Source of the DNA: an uncultured Chloroflexia bacterium
Lineage (GTDB): Bacteria; Chloroflexota; Anaerolineae; JAAYZQ01
Assembly: GCA_963700285.1 (NCBI GenBank)
Contig: CAVOXA010000007.1
Coordinates: 32,001-96,000, forward strand
Direction of reading: 5' to 3'
DNA length: 64,000 bases
The stretch's first letter is position 1. The number at the start of each line of letters is the position of its first letter. Shown here in pieces: positions 10,874-21,339 of the stretch. The position numbers and the translations under genes are program-made. The notes beneath the pieces were generated by a model. The model did no database searches. It was not told the DNA's origin and saw only the letters and a list, made by a program, of their open reading frames with translations.

Positions 10874-10960
10874 CTCGCAATGACCTGGTCAAGGGGGTGT
10901 CACTCGCAATGACCTGGTCAAGGGGGTGTCACTCGCAATGACCTGGTCAAGGGGGTGTCA
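10874..10960. repeat. Three exact 29-bp tandem repeats at the end of a REP-like element
   Basis: ctcgcaatgacctggtcaagggggtgtca x3; upstream gtcactgcgagg...cctcgcaatgac inverted arms (from about 10768). Confidence 0.85.
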
Positions 10961-11065
10961 CTCCATTTGGAGTGGCGCCCTGCGCCATGGAACACTCAGG
11001 ATGACGGCCTCTGAGCCGCAGCACCAGGAGCCTATTCTGGCGTAGCATGCGCCTGGTGGTTCGAA

Positions 11066-12250
11066 ATGGAGGGTAAAATGGGCTTCAAGTATGCAGTATT
11101 GGGTGCGGGCCGGCAGGGGACCGCCTGCGCCTACGACATGATCCGGTTTGGCGAGGCTGACAGTGTCGTGCTGGCCGACCAATCGCTGGCACTGGCCCGG
11201 GATGCAGCGGCCCGAGTCAACCGGCTCCTGGAGACAGACAAGGCCGTCGGGATTCAACTGGACGTAACAAATTCTCCTGCCCTGGTGGCGGCCCTGACCG
11301 GCATCGACGCCTTTCTCAGCGCGGTGCCCTACTACTTGAATCTGGAGATCACCCGGGCCGCCATAGAGGCTGGGGCGAGTATGTGCGACCTGGGCGGCAA
11401 CACCGATCTGGTCCGCGAGCAACTCAAGCTGTCTCCCCAGGCCGGGGCTGCCGGCATCAGCATTGTGCCCGACTGCGGCCAGGTGCCGGGCATGGGCACG
11501 ACGCTGATGGTCTATGCCATGGGCCTGCTGGACGAGGCGGAGGAGGTGTTCATGTGGGATGGTGGCCTGCCGCAGGACCCACGGCCGCCTTTTGACTACC
11601 TGCTCACCTTCAACGTCGCCGGGTTGACCAACGAGTATGCTGAGCCGCCCATTTTTTTGCGGGACGGCAAGCCAACCCTGGTACCGACGATGGACGAGCT
11701 GGAAGAGATCGAGTTTCCAGCACCGGTGGGGCGCCTGGAGGCTTTTACCACAGGCGGCGGCGTGTCGACCATGCCCTGGACCTTTGAGGGTAAGCTCAAG
11801 ACGATCCAGAACAAGACGGTTCGTTACCCGGGGCACTTTGCCCAACTGCGGGCCTTCTACGATCTGGGCCTGTGGGATACCGAGCCGGTGCAGGTGGGGA
11901 ACCAGAGGGTGGCGCCCAGGGACCTGTTCCACAAACTCTTTGAGCCGATGGTTACTTTCCCGGAGGACAAGGACGTGGTGGTCATCCGCATCCAGGCCAC
12001 GGGAACCAAGGATGGGCGGCCCGCGGAGGCGATCCTGGACTTGACGGACTCTTACGATGACGAGACCGGCTTTACGGCCATGGAGCGGACGACGGGCTGG
12101 GATGGAGCCATCGTGGCCGGCATGATGGCCCGGGGGCAGACCCCCCGAGGCGCGGCGCCGGTGGAGGTTGCCGTGCCGCCTGTGCTGTTCGTGGAGGAAT
12201 TGGCCAAGCGCGGAATCAGGGTAGAGGCCAGGGTACGACGCGCGAGCTAG
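11066..12250 (+). CDS. Saccharopine dehydrogenase / lysine 6-dehydrogenase family oxidoreductase
   Basis: Rossmann VLGAGRQG; CDLGG; DCGQVPG; NKTVRYPGH; TAMERTTG; start may be 11078. Confidence 0.88.
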   Translation: MEGKMGFKYAVLGAGRQGTACAYDMIRFGEADSVVLADQSLALARDAAARVNRLLETDKAVGIQLDVTNSPALVAALTGIDAFLSAVPYYLNLEITRAAIEAGASMCDLGGNTDLVREQLKLSPQAGAAGISIVPDCGQVPGMGTTLMVYAMGLLDEAEEVFMWDGGLPQDPRPPFDYLLTFNVAGLTNEYAEPPIFLRDGKPTLVPTMDELEEIEFPAPVGRLEAFTTGGGVSTMPWTFEGKLKTIQNKTVRYPGHFAQLRAFYDLGLWDTEPVQVGNQRVAPRDLFHKLFEPMVTFPEDKDVVVIRIQATGTKDGRPAEAILDLTDSYDDETGFTAMERTTGWDGAIVAGMMARGQTPRGAAPVEVAVPPVLFVEELAKRGIRVEARVRRAS

Positions 12251-12494
12251 CCAGGGCTAGGGAGCCAGAAGGCTCGTTGCGGGCCGCGGCCAACCGGCAG
12301 CGTTCTTTGCCGACGTCAGAACTGAGGCGAGATGGGCTCCCACCATCAGGTGGGAGCCTGTTTGGTTCAGACGGCGCGAGGCGCCAGAGACGGATCTGTA
12401 GCTGGGCCCGGTTGCGCAAGAGCCAGGCACACCCTGAAATCGAGCCTTGCAGCGTATCGTACCCAGGGCTGAGGCAAAGCCTCTTGGCCAGGTC

Positions 12495-12592
12495 AACCTC
12501 CCGCAGGTTTTCGCCTCTTCAGGCGCCTGCGCACGGGTGAACCCAGGCCACTTCCGCTGGTATCTGCTCAGCGGACAAACCTGCGGGAGGTT
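12495..12592. repeat. REP-like inverted pair
   Basis: aacctcccgcaggttt ... aaacctgcgggaggtt inverted arms. Confidence 0.55.
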
Positions 12593-12635
12593 TGTCTCCG
12601 ACAATGCAACAGCCGTAGTATCGTACCTGAACATG

Positions 12636-12664
12636 TTGCATTTAGAGCCGAATTGAGTTATGCT
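12636..12664 (+). promoter_or_regulatory. Putative sigma70 promoter
   Basis: TTGCAT-17bp-TATGCT upstream of the cyclase gene. Confidence 0.45.
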
Positions 12665-12959
12665 TGTCGCATGAGCGATAGGTACAGATGACAGCCTGTG
12701 CCGGGCTGCGTCAGGCTCAGGAGCGCTGGTTACGGAAGCCAGTCCGGCCGCCGATCCCTCCTCAATGAGCGCGCTGGCGGTCACGGGTGGAGGCACTGCC
12801 AGTCCAAAGACGGCGCCATCGCTTTGCGGTGCGGGTTGGTGATGACGCCGGGTGGCGCAGGTTATGGCAGGCTCATCGCCAACAGAGGACGCCTTGGTCC
12901 AACCACCGCGCTAGAACAGTGCCAATAGGGTCGCCATGCCAGAAGAGGAGGTGGCCAGT

Positions 12960-15900
12960 ATGTTCTGCCCAAACTGCAGTGCCGACAATCGAGACGACGC
13001 TACCTATTGTCTGCAGTGTGGCTCACCCCTCGCGCCAGTCTGTCCCCTCTGCGGCCGGGAGCTGCAGCCAGAGGCGCAGTTCTGTGACGGATGCGGTGCG
13101 CGCCGGGGCGCTTTGAAATCTGACACCTTGGTGGGGCCTGAGGCCGCTGCTGCGGAGGCGCTCCGGCGATTGGCTCCCAAGGCCTACGCCGACCGGTTGC
13201 TGGCCGCGGGCGGCGAGATGGTGGGTGAGCGCAGGATGGTGACCATCCTCATGTCCGACGTCAAGGGCTCCAGTGCCCTGTCCCGAGACCTGGACCCAGA
13301 GGAGTGGTTGGAGATCATGGGTGGGGCCTTTGATGTGCTCATCGAACCCATCGCCCGCTACGAGGGCACGGTGGCGCGGCTGGAAGGCGACGCCATCATG
13401 GCCTTTTTCGGCGCGCCCATCGCCCACGAGGATGATCCCGAGCGGGCCTGCCGGGCAGGATTGGAGATCGTCGCAGGGGGCCAGGGCATACGGAGCGCGC
13501 CTGGAAAAAGAGCGCGGTATCAGGGGCTTTGACGTGCGGGTGGGCATCCACACCGGATTGGTGGTCGTCGGCGAGGTGGGCACCGACCTGCGGATGGAGT
13601 ACACGGCAATGGGGGAGGCGCCAAACCTGACAGCACGGCTGGAGGCTGCGGCGGAGCCAGGCACGGTGCTCATCAGCGAGGCGACGCTAAAGTTCGTCGC
13701 GCCGCTGTTTGAGACGGTGCCGCTTGGGCCCATCCAGGCCAAGGGTTGGCAGGAGCCGGTTCCCGTGTTCCGTGTACTTGCCGCCCGACAAGTCCCCTCC
13801 AAGATACGGGGCATCGAGGGGCTGGAGTCGCCACTGGTAGGGCGAGAGGCAGAACTCGCCGCATTGCGGGGGGCCCTGGAGCGGCTGAGTGCCGGGGAGG
13901 GCGGCATTGTAACCGTCGTGGGGGAGGCCGGCATCGGCAAGTCGCGGTTGTTGGCCGAGTTGCGCAAGCAAGGGCCGGCCAAGCTGTCAGAGCCTTGGTC
14001 AGGCCGGGTGGACCTGCGATGGGTCGAGGGTCGTTGTCTTTCCTACGGCACGTCCATCGCCTACCTTCCGTGGCTGGGTGCATTGCGCAGTATCATGGGT
14101 ACAACGGCGGACGAAGCGCCGGCGTCTGTTGTCAGCGCGCTGAAGGAATTCGTTCGCTCCGTCTGCGCCGGGCGGTTCCACGAGGTCTATCCCTATCTGG
14201 CACAGATGATGTCATTGCCGCTTGAGGACGAACACCAGCAAGTCCTTGCCAGGTTGCAGGGCCAGGAGCTGAGGGCGCAGACCTTCATGGCGGTGCAGAT
14301 GGCCATCGCTTGCGCGGCTGAGCAGCGGCCGTTGGTCCTGGTGCTCGAGGACCTGCACTGGTCCGACACCACATCGCTGGCGCTGCTCGAGCACCTGTTT
14401 GCCGTGATGGAGGGCGCACCGCTCCTGATCATTGCCGTCTTCCGGCCGCACAGGGAGCACCGCTCATGGCGGCTCAGGCAGGTAGCTGTGGAGCAGTATG
14501 CTGAGCGCTACACCGATCTGTTGCTTGATCCGCTCACTTCCACCGATGGCCAAACGCTGGTCGACAACCTGCTGGGCGTTGGCGGTCTGCCCGAGGAGCT
14601 GACCCAGCGCATCCTCGCTCGTGCCGAAGGCAATCCCTTCTACGTGGAGGAGATCGTCCGCACGTTGCTGGATGAGGCCAGCATCGTGCAGGATAAGGCG
14701 ATGGGGGGCTGGCGGGTAGCTGGTGAGGTGGAGGAGATCGCCATCCCCGATACCTTGCAGGGTGTGCTCTTGGCTCGCATCGACCGCTTGCAGGAGGGTG
14801 CAAAGCGGGTGCTGCAGATGGCCTCAGTCATTGGACGCATCTTTGCGTTTAGGCTGTTGCAGGCGATTCTGACGGAGGAACGTGGGCTAGACGCACAGCT
14901 GCTGAGCCTGCAGCGGGAGGAGATGATCCGGGAGCGGGCGCGGCTGCCGGAGCTGGAGTACATCTTTAAGCATGAGTTGACGCGGGAGGCGGCCTACAAC
15001 GGGCTGTTGCGGAAGCAGCGGCGCGTCTTCCACCGGCAGGTGGCTCAGGGGCTGGAGCGGCTCTATCCTGACCGCGTGGAGGAGCAGCTTGGTCTGCTGG
15101 CCTACCACTGGGAGCTGGCAAGTGATGCGGAGAAGGCGGTGGGCTATCTGCTGCGAGCGGCCCAGAGGGACGTGCGGCAGTTCGCTAACGAGGAGGCCAT
15201 TGCCCATTTCAGCCGCGGGTTGGCGCTGCTCGAGTCCCTGCCGCATACCCCGGAGCGCACCCAGTTGGAGTTTGCCCTGCAGAGCGGGCTGGGCGCGCCA
15301 TTGATTGCCACCAGGGGTTATGGCGTGCCGGAGGTGGGCCGTGCCTGGGGCCGTGCCTTGGAACTGTCGCAGCAGATGGGCGATCCACCGGAGTTGTGGG
15401 GGGCACGGAGGCCAATCTATCAGTACTACCTCGCCCGCGCTGAGCACCAGAAGGCACTCCACATTGCCCAGCAGATGGCTGACGCGGGCGAACGTGCAGG
15501 GGGACTGCCACACTTCCCATTTCCCAGGGGCGCACTGGGGATCTCGCGCTTCTATCTCGGCGACCTTGAACCGGCAAGCGCCCACCTGGAGGCGACGGTT
15601 GCCTGCTACGACCCTGAGGTGCACCTCTCATTGGGCTTCATCTACGGCCAGGACCTGGGAGTGCTGTACCTTTCCTACCTGGCCTGGGCACTCTGGTTGT
15701 TGGGCCATGCTGACCGGTCCCTGGAGCGAAGCCACGAGGCCGTGGGCTTGGCTCAGGCCCTGGACCACCCCCTTACTCTGGCCCTCGCCCTATCGATGGC
15801 TGGCTGGCTCCGTTCGTCGTGCCGGGATGCCCGGGGGACAAAGGAGTGGGCCGAGGCCGCGAGTGAGGTCGCACGACCACGGCAACTTGTGTTCTACCAG

Positions 15901-16416
15901 GCTGGCGCCATGGGTCTGCGCGGCTGGGCCCTGGTAGCTCAGGGAGCAGCGGAGGAAGGAGAGGCAGAGATCCGCGGGGGTGTGGCTGCCTGGCAGGCCA
16001 CCGGTTCCGAGTTTCACAGGCCGCATTTCCTGACCTGGCTGGCCGAGGCCGCTGCGAAGAGGGGGCGGCTTGACGAGGGTCTTGACCTGCTCGCTGAGGC
16101 GCTGGCTTGGGTGGAAGAGACCGGCGAGCGTTACTACGAGGCGGAGATACGCCGGCTCAAGGGGGAGTTCCTGCTGGAGTTGGGCCATCCGGCCAGGGCT
16201 GAAGCCGCCTTTCAGCAGGCCATCGAGGTGGCCCGGCAGCAAAGCGCCAGGTCTCTGGAACTGCGGGCTGCAGTGAGCCTCAGCCGTCTGTGGCAGAGCC
16301 AGGGCAGGCGTGAAGACGCCCGGCAGCTGCTGGCGGAAATCTATGATTGGTTCACCGAGGGGTTTGATACGCTTGACCTGAAGGAAGCCAAGGGGCTGCT
16401 GGGGGAGTTGGCCTGA
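12960..16416 (+). CDS. Double zinc ribbon + class III adenylate/guanylate cyclase + AAA ATPase + TPR protein; +1 frameshift at G5 run 13476-13480
   Basis: CPNC/CLQC/CPLC/CDGC; ILMSDVKGS, EGDAIMAFFGAP; GEAGIGKS Walker A; LEDLHW Walker B; removing one G joins LEIVAG to ARAYGARLE. Confidence 0.85.
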
Positions 16417-16488
16417 GGCGGTGCTCAGCAATAGCAGGATGCGGAAGCTGCAGCCCCACCATGGGATCACCGTAGGGGGAGGCACGAG

Positions 16489-18021
16489 ATGAAGGTTGTT
16501 GTCATAGGTTCTGGTCTATCGGGGCTGACGGCCGGCGCAGCCCTGGCCCAGGCCGGGCAGGAGGTGACGGTATTCGAGCAGTATCACCGCCCGGGAGGCG
16601 TCACGGCGCCCTACGAACGCGGGGGCTACCGTTGGGATCTGGGGCAACTGGTCATCGAGGGCCTGGGCCCGGACGAGCCCCTGGGCGCCATCCTGGCGGA
16701 GCTGGGCCTGACCGGCCGCGTGCCGGTGCGCGTCGAGGACCGCGGCTATGTCTTTCCCGATTTTGAGCTGGAAAAGCCGGAGGAGTACGAGGGCCCGGCC
16801 TGGCGCATGGAGCGGCTCAAGGAGGTCTTTCCCCAGGAAGCCGGGGGACTGGACCGCTACTGGGCCGACTATCTGCGTTTCACCAGCGTGATGACCCTGG
16901 CCCGGCGCATGGAAGCGACCAGTGGCCTGAGCGCCCAGTACTGGAAACTGAGGCTCTACCTGAAGGCGCTGCCGCTGCTCAAAAAGCAGGGCTGGAACGC
17001 CCAGCAGTTGATGGATTCCTACTTTCAATCGGAGAAGCTCAAGCTGGTCTTTACCTCGATCTTGGCCGACTTTTTCACGCCGACCACCGAGTTCCCAGGC
17101 CTGGGCGTCTTTGCCGTGAACCCCGAGGCGTCCTTTGACAAGCGCATGCCCGCCGAGCTGGCCAAGGACACGGTGCAACTTTACCACTATAGCATTCTGG
17201 GCGGCATGGGGACGCTGGTCGATGCGCTGGTGGGCAAGATCGAGTCCCACGGCGGCGCGATCTTGACAGGACACGAGATCACCCGGATCCTGGTGGAGGG
17301 CGGGCGCGTGACCGGGGTCGAGGATGCGGCGGGAACGCGTGTCCCGGCGGATGCCGTCGTCGCCTCTGGCGGGGCCAGGGAGACCTTTTTTGGCCTGGTC
17401 GGCGAGGAGCACCTACCGCACGACTTCGCCGATCAAGTGCGGGCCGTGCCGCTGATGGACTCGGTCTTTATGGTGCACCTGGGCGTCGATTTTGACCCCT
17501 CGCCCTATGTCCACGGCGTCTGCACCTACTACTATGGTACTTATGAGCTGGACCGGGCGCTGGCTGAAAACAAGTCTGGCCTCTACCACGAGGGCAGGGA
17601 TGGATTTGTGGTCCATATTCCTTCCCTGCATTCGCCCGACATGGCGCCGCCGGGGCATCAGGCCATGACCATCTACACCATCTGCCCCGATACGCTCCAG
17701 GAAGGTGGTTGGGAAGAGCGCAAGGAAGAGTACGCCGACAAGCTGATCGACTATGCCGCCGAACAGATCCCGGGCCTGAGGGAGCATATCCAGACCTGCG
17801 AGATCCTGACCCCCGAGGATTGGCGGAGGCGGACACACCTGGACCACCACGCCTTTGGCGGCATCAAGCCGGTGCTGGACGCGTGGCGGGTGCCGCACGA
17901 GACGCCGGTCGAGGGCCTGTGGTTCGTGGGCGCTCAGTCAGAGAGCGGGGGTGGTGTGAACAATGTCATGCCGGGCGCTTTCAAGACAGCCAAGCGCATG
18001 GCGGGTGGGGCGACTGGCTAG
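16489..18021 (+). CDS. Phytoene desaturase-like FAD-dependent oxidoreductase
   Basis: VIGSGLSGL, FEQYHRPGG, ILTPEDW, TPVEGLWFVGA. Confidence 0.85.
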   Translation: MKVVVIGSGLSGLTAGAALAQAGQEVTVFEQYHRPGGVTAPYERGGYRWDLGQLVIEGLGPDEPLGAILAELGLTGRVPVRVEDRGYVFPDFELEKPEEYEGPAWRMERLKEVFPQEAGGLDRYWADYLRFTSVMTLARRMEATSGLSAQYWKLRLYLKALPLLKKQGWNAQQLMDSYFQSEKLKLVFTSILADFFTPTTEFPGLGVFAVNPEASFDKRMPAELAKDTVQLYHYSILGGMGTLVDALVGKIESHGGAILTGHEITRILVEGGRVTGVEDAAGTRVPADAVVASGGARETFFGLVGEEHLPHDFADQVRAVPLMDSVFMVHLGVDFDPSPYVHGVCTYYYGTYELDRALAENKSGLYHEGRDGFVVHIPSLHSPDMAPPGHQAMTIYTICPDTLQEGGWEERKEEYADKLIDYAAEQIPGLREHIQTCEILTPEDWRRRTHLDHHAFGGIKPVLDAWRVPHETPVEGLWFVGAQSESGGGVNNVMPGAFKTAKRMAGGATG

Positions 18022-18099
18022 AGGAGTGGCTGGCGCAGGACCCCAGTCCGCGCGGAGCCAGAAGGAGTCAAGCCGCATTGCCTCTTGGCCCCGTGACTG

Positions 18100-18500
18100 G
18101 TGTGGAGGCCCCGTCCGCAAGTGGACCTGTACCAACAGCATGATCAGCCGTTACCAGAGACGCATCCCTTCGACTCCGCTCAGGGCAAGCTCTGACCCCC
18201 TACTGGACCGCATCGACATCCATATCGAGGTTCCCCGCGTGGAAGCCGGCTCGGAAGCCGGACAAAAAGCTGTCCGACGACCGGCTGGGTGAACCCTCGG
18301 CCGCCATCCAGACGCGGGTAGAGGCTGCCCGGTGTCGCCAGCGCCAGCGCTTTGGCGACGGCAGCGGTATGCTGGCCAATGCCGGCGCGCTTGGCTTGCA
18401 AGCGTTGGCCCTGCCCAGGTACGCGAGTACTGCCCGGTGGATGGGGCAGGCCGGAACCTGCTGCGGGCGGCCATGCAGCAGGTTGGGGCGCCCGGGCGTA
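18100..18500 (+). pseudogene. Remnant of the C-terminal part of a ComM/YifB Mg-chelatase-like ATPase
   Basis: SRYQRRI..S(D)PLLDRIDIHIEVPRV and RVEAARCRQRQRF, VREYC..LLRAAM in shifting frames; no 5' half. Confidence 0.75.
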
Positions 18501-18629
18501 CCACGGGAAAAGGCTCTGCCTTTTCCTCAGGGATTCCAGGGGAATCCCCCGCATCCTCAACACGGGAACATTTACTAGTGAGTCAACGAATGCCGTTCGG
18601 TAACAACCTTAATCAGTCAATCTGAGGAC

Positions 18630-18658
18630 TTGACAGAACACAAAAGAGGCTGTACAAT
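18630..18658 (+). promoter_or_regulatory. Sigma70 promoter
   Basis: TTGACA-17bp-TACAAT. Confidence 0.7.
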
Positions 18659-18843
18659 ATGCAGGATAGTCGTAGATGCGCTGCCTTTGACAACGCTGCC
18701 CCGCCGTGCAAGGAAGGCAACGGCCTCCTTGCGTCTGTGGACGAGAAAGGAGGTGGTGTGTTTGCTAGAAATCCCCTGATGGTATGGTCGTTTCTGATCT
18801 AGCTCGCGTATGTGCCACATCTCACTGATGAGAGGAACGAGTC

Positions 18844-19899
18844 ATGAAGAGATCATCCCTGATCGTGGTGGTAGTTCTGTTTATGGTCCTGGCAGCGGCG
18901 CCCGTCACTGCCCGGGACGCCACTCCGCCGTGTGAGAAGGTGCGGTCGGCGCAGGAAAAGATGGAATGGAACAGCCGGCCCTGGGTGAGTCTGCTCGAAG
19001 TGCAAGGTCGCATGTGGTGCTGGCTGGGCGATTTTGACCTAAAAGGTGCCAACCTGGAAGGCGCCCGCCTGAAGGGGGCCAACCTGCGCGAAGCCGACCT
19101 GACCGGCGCCGACCTGACCGGCGCCGACCTGAGCTTTGCCAGCCTGCACAAAGTCACCCTGACCGGTGCCGACCTGACCGGCGCCAACTTGAGCGGCGCC
19201 AGCCTGACCCGCGCCAACCTGTCCGGGGCCAAACTTGGCGGGGCTGACCTGTCCTACGCCACCCTACTCGCCGCCAACCTGGGAGGCGCCAACCTGGAAG
19301 GCGCGAACCTGTCCCACGCCAGCCTGTTGCAAGCCAACCTGGAAGGCGCCGACCTGACCGGCGCCGACCTGACCGACGCCAACCTAAAGTTCGCCGGCCT
19401 TCAGTCGGCCATCCTGACCAACGCCACCCTGACCAACGCGGTCCTGGGAGGCGCCTGGCTGTACAAGGCCACCCTGACCAACGCCGACCTGACCAACGCC
19501 TACCTGGTCGGCGCCTGGCTCAGGCTCGCCGACCTGACCGGCGCCAACCTGACCGGCGCCGACCTGAGGTCTGCCAACCTGACCAACGCCAACCTGGAGT
19601 ACGCCGACCTGCTCGGCGCCGACCTGCATTACGCCATCCTGACCGACGCCGACCTGACCGGCGCCGACCTGACCGGCGCCAACCTGACCAGCGCCAACCT
19701 GATCTGCGCCAACCTGACCAGCGCCAACCTGACCGGCGCCAACCTGACCGGCGCCAACCTGGACAGCGCCAACCTGACCGGCGCCACCCTGACCAACGCC
19801 ACCCTGACCGGCGTAATCTGGCGGTACACGATTTGCCCTGACGGGACGAACAGCGGTCCCTACCCCACAGGCACCTGCATAGGGCACCTGCAGCCCTGA
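18844..19899 (+). CDS. Secreted pentapeptide-repeat protein
   Basis: Signal peptide, long A(D/N)L(T/S)x repeats, C-terminal cap WRYTICPDG. Confidence 0.92.
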   Translation: MKRSSLIVVVVLFMVLAAAPVTARDATPPCEKVRSAQEKMEWNSRPWVSLLEVQGRMWCWLGDFDLKGANLEGARLKGANLREADLTGADLTGADLSFASLHKVTLTGADLTGANLSGASLTRANLSGAKLGGADLSYATLLAANLGGANLEGANLSHASLLQANLEGADLTGADLTDANLKFAGLQSAILTNATLTNAVLGGAWLYKATLTNADLTNAYLVGAWLRLADLTGANLTGADLRSANLTNANLEYADLLGADLHYAILTDADLTGADLTGANLTSANLICANLTSANLTGANLTGANLDSANLTGATLTNATLTGVIWRYTICPDGTNSGPYPTGTCIGHLQP

Positions 19900-19918
19900 C
19901 GATCAGACTACCGAGACA

Positions 19919-19949
19919 CCCGGCCTTCAGCGATGAAGGCCGGGCTTTT
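19919..19949 (+). terminator. Rho-independent terminator
   Basis: cccggccttca-gcga-tgaaggccggg-ctttt. Confidence 0.8.
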
Positions 19950-20023
19950 GGCGTTTCTGGCGGTAGCACAAGACTTGCCCCAGGCGGCTGCGACCGAAAG
20001 AGACCCGGGTGCATGCGTAGGGG

Positions 20024-20052
20024 TTGACGCGGCGCACTTTGTCTGATATAAT
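20024..20052 (+). promoter_or_regulatory. Sigma70 promoter
   Basis: TTGACG-17bp-TATAAT with extended TG. Confidence 0.7.
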
Positions 20053-20127
20053 GGACGCGTAAACATCCACGCCACAACACTGCTGCTTCCCTGTAGCGGC
20101 GGAAATCACTGGAATCGCTAGTAAGCT

Positions 20128-20177
20128 GCCGAAGGCAACCTGGCATGGGCCAGGGGTTGGCTTTCGGCTTTCTGTTT
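20128..20177 (+). terminator. Terminator/attenuator-like hairpin
   Basis: gccgaaggcaacctggc-atgg-gccaggggttggctttcggc followed by tttctgttt. Confidence 0.5.
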
Positions 20178-20393
20178 GCTGAAAGGGCAAGGAGGTGATG
20201 CAGATAGGCTTTGGCTGCGTTGTTGGCTGAGGGCCTTTGTAGGGGTTGCAGGTTGCGCTACACGCCGGAGCGGCTGCAGGTGACATAACTAGACCATGGG
20301 GCCATGGCTCCTCTGAGGCTGGTGCTGGGGCCCATTCTGCTCGTGTCGCAAACTTCTCTGGCCCTCAAGCTACATGACACTGGGAGGTCAGTC

Positions 20394-21242
20394 ATGAAGA
20401 TTGAGAGTTGCTATCGTTTCCAAGTCGGGGAGTTCGAATGCGTATCCATCAGTGACGGCGGTCATCGCTATCCACTGAAAGACTTTTTTGCCAACGTTCC
20501 CATGGCGGAAATTGAGGAGCTTCTGCGCCAACGCAACCTGCCGACCGATCATATCTGGACGCCGTACACTTATTCGTTTGTCAACACTGGGGAACACCAG
20601 GTGCTCGTCGACGTGGGTGCGGGGTCTCTATTTGAAACCACGGGCAAACTGCTTCAAAACATGGAAGCCGCAGAGATTGAGCCTGCTTCCATTGATTCGG
20701 TCTTTATCACGCACGCGCATCCAGATCATATCGATGGGATGCTCGACGAGTCAGGAAATCCTGTGTATGCCAACGCTCAGTATTTCATCTGGAGAGAGGA
20801 ATGGCAGTTCTGGTTTTCAGAAACGGCGTCAGAGAAAGCCAATGAGGCATTTGTGACATTTGCGCGGAAGCACCTCGAACCGGTGCAAGACCGGGTGAGT
20901 TTCGTTACCGATGAATCTGACACCCTGCCTGGCATACATGTGCTTGCTGTGCCTGGGCATACACCGGGACATATGGTCGTGTCGTTTTCCTCCGGTGACG
21001 AAGAGCTTCTGTATATCGGCGATTCTGTGCTGCATCCCCTTCACCTGGAACATCCAAACTGGCTGCCGATCTATGACGTTCTGCCTGAGAAAGCGGCTGC
21101 CAGCAAACGTCGCATCTTTGACTACGCTGCGGATGAACAGGCATGGGTAATGGGACAGCATTTTCCACCTTTTCCGAGCCTAGGGCATATCATCAGGCAG
21201 GGCGAGGGGTGGCAATGGCAGCCGGTTGAGATAGACGAGTGA
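20394..21242 (+). CDS. MBL-fold metallo-hydrolase
   Basis: THAHPDHIDG, PGHTPGH, IGDSVLH, GQHFP; SD GGAGG before 20394. Confidence 0.9.
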   Translation: MKIESCYRFQVGEFECVSISDGGHRYPLKDFFANVPMAEIEELLRQRNLPTDHIWTPYTYSFVNTGEHQVLVDVGAGSLFETTGKLLQNMEAAEIEPASIDSVFITHAHPDHIDGMLDESGNPVYANAQYFIWREEWQFWFSETASEKANEAFVTFARKHLEPVQDRVSFVTDESDTLPGIHVLAVPGHTPGHMVVSFSSGDEELLYIGDSVLHPLHLEHPNWLPIYDVLPEKAAASKRRIFDYAADEQAWVMGQHFPPFPSLGHIIRQGEGWQWQPVEIDE

Positions 21243-21339
21243 CTTGAGGCTTCCGGGGGTTGTGCTGGCTATTTAACTCGCCCACTCGGGTTTCATGTAC
21301 TGAGATTGCCGAAATCAGGTATCAAGTGGAGGGAATCGC

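Noticed and set aside
10874-10960. Mini CRISPR array
   Set aside because: Head-to-tail 29-bp repeats with no spacers.
20111-20124. 16S rRNA fragment (GGAATCGCTAGTAA)
   Set aside because: Only a 14-nt match with no flanking rRNA similarity; probably chance.
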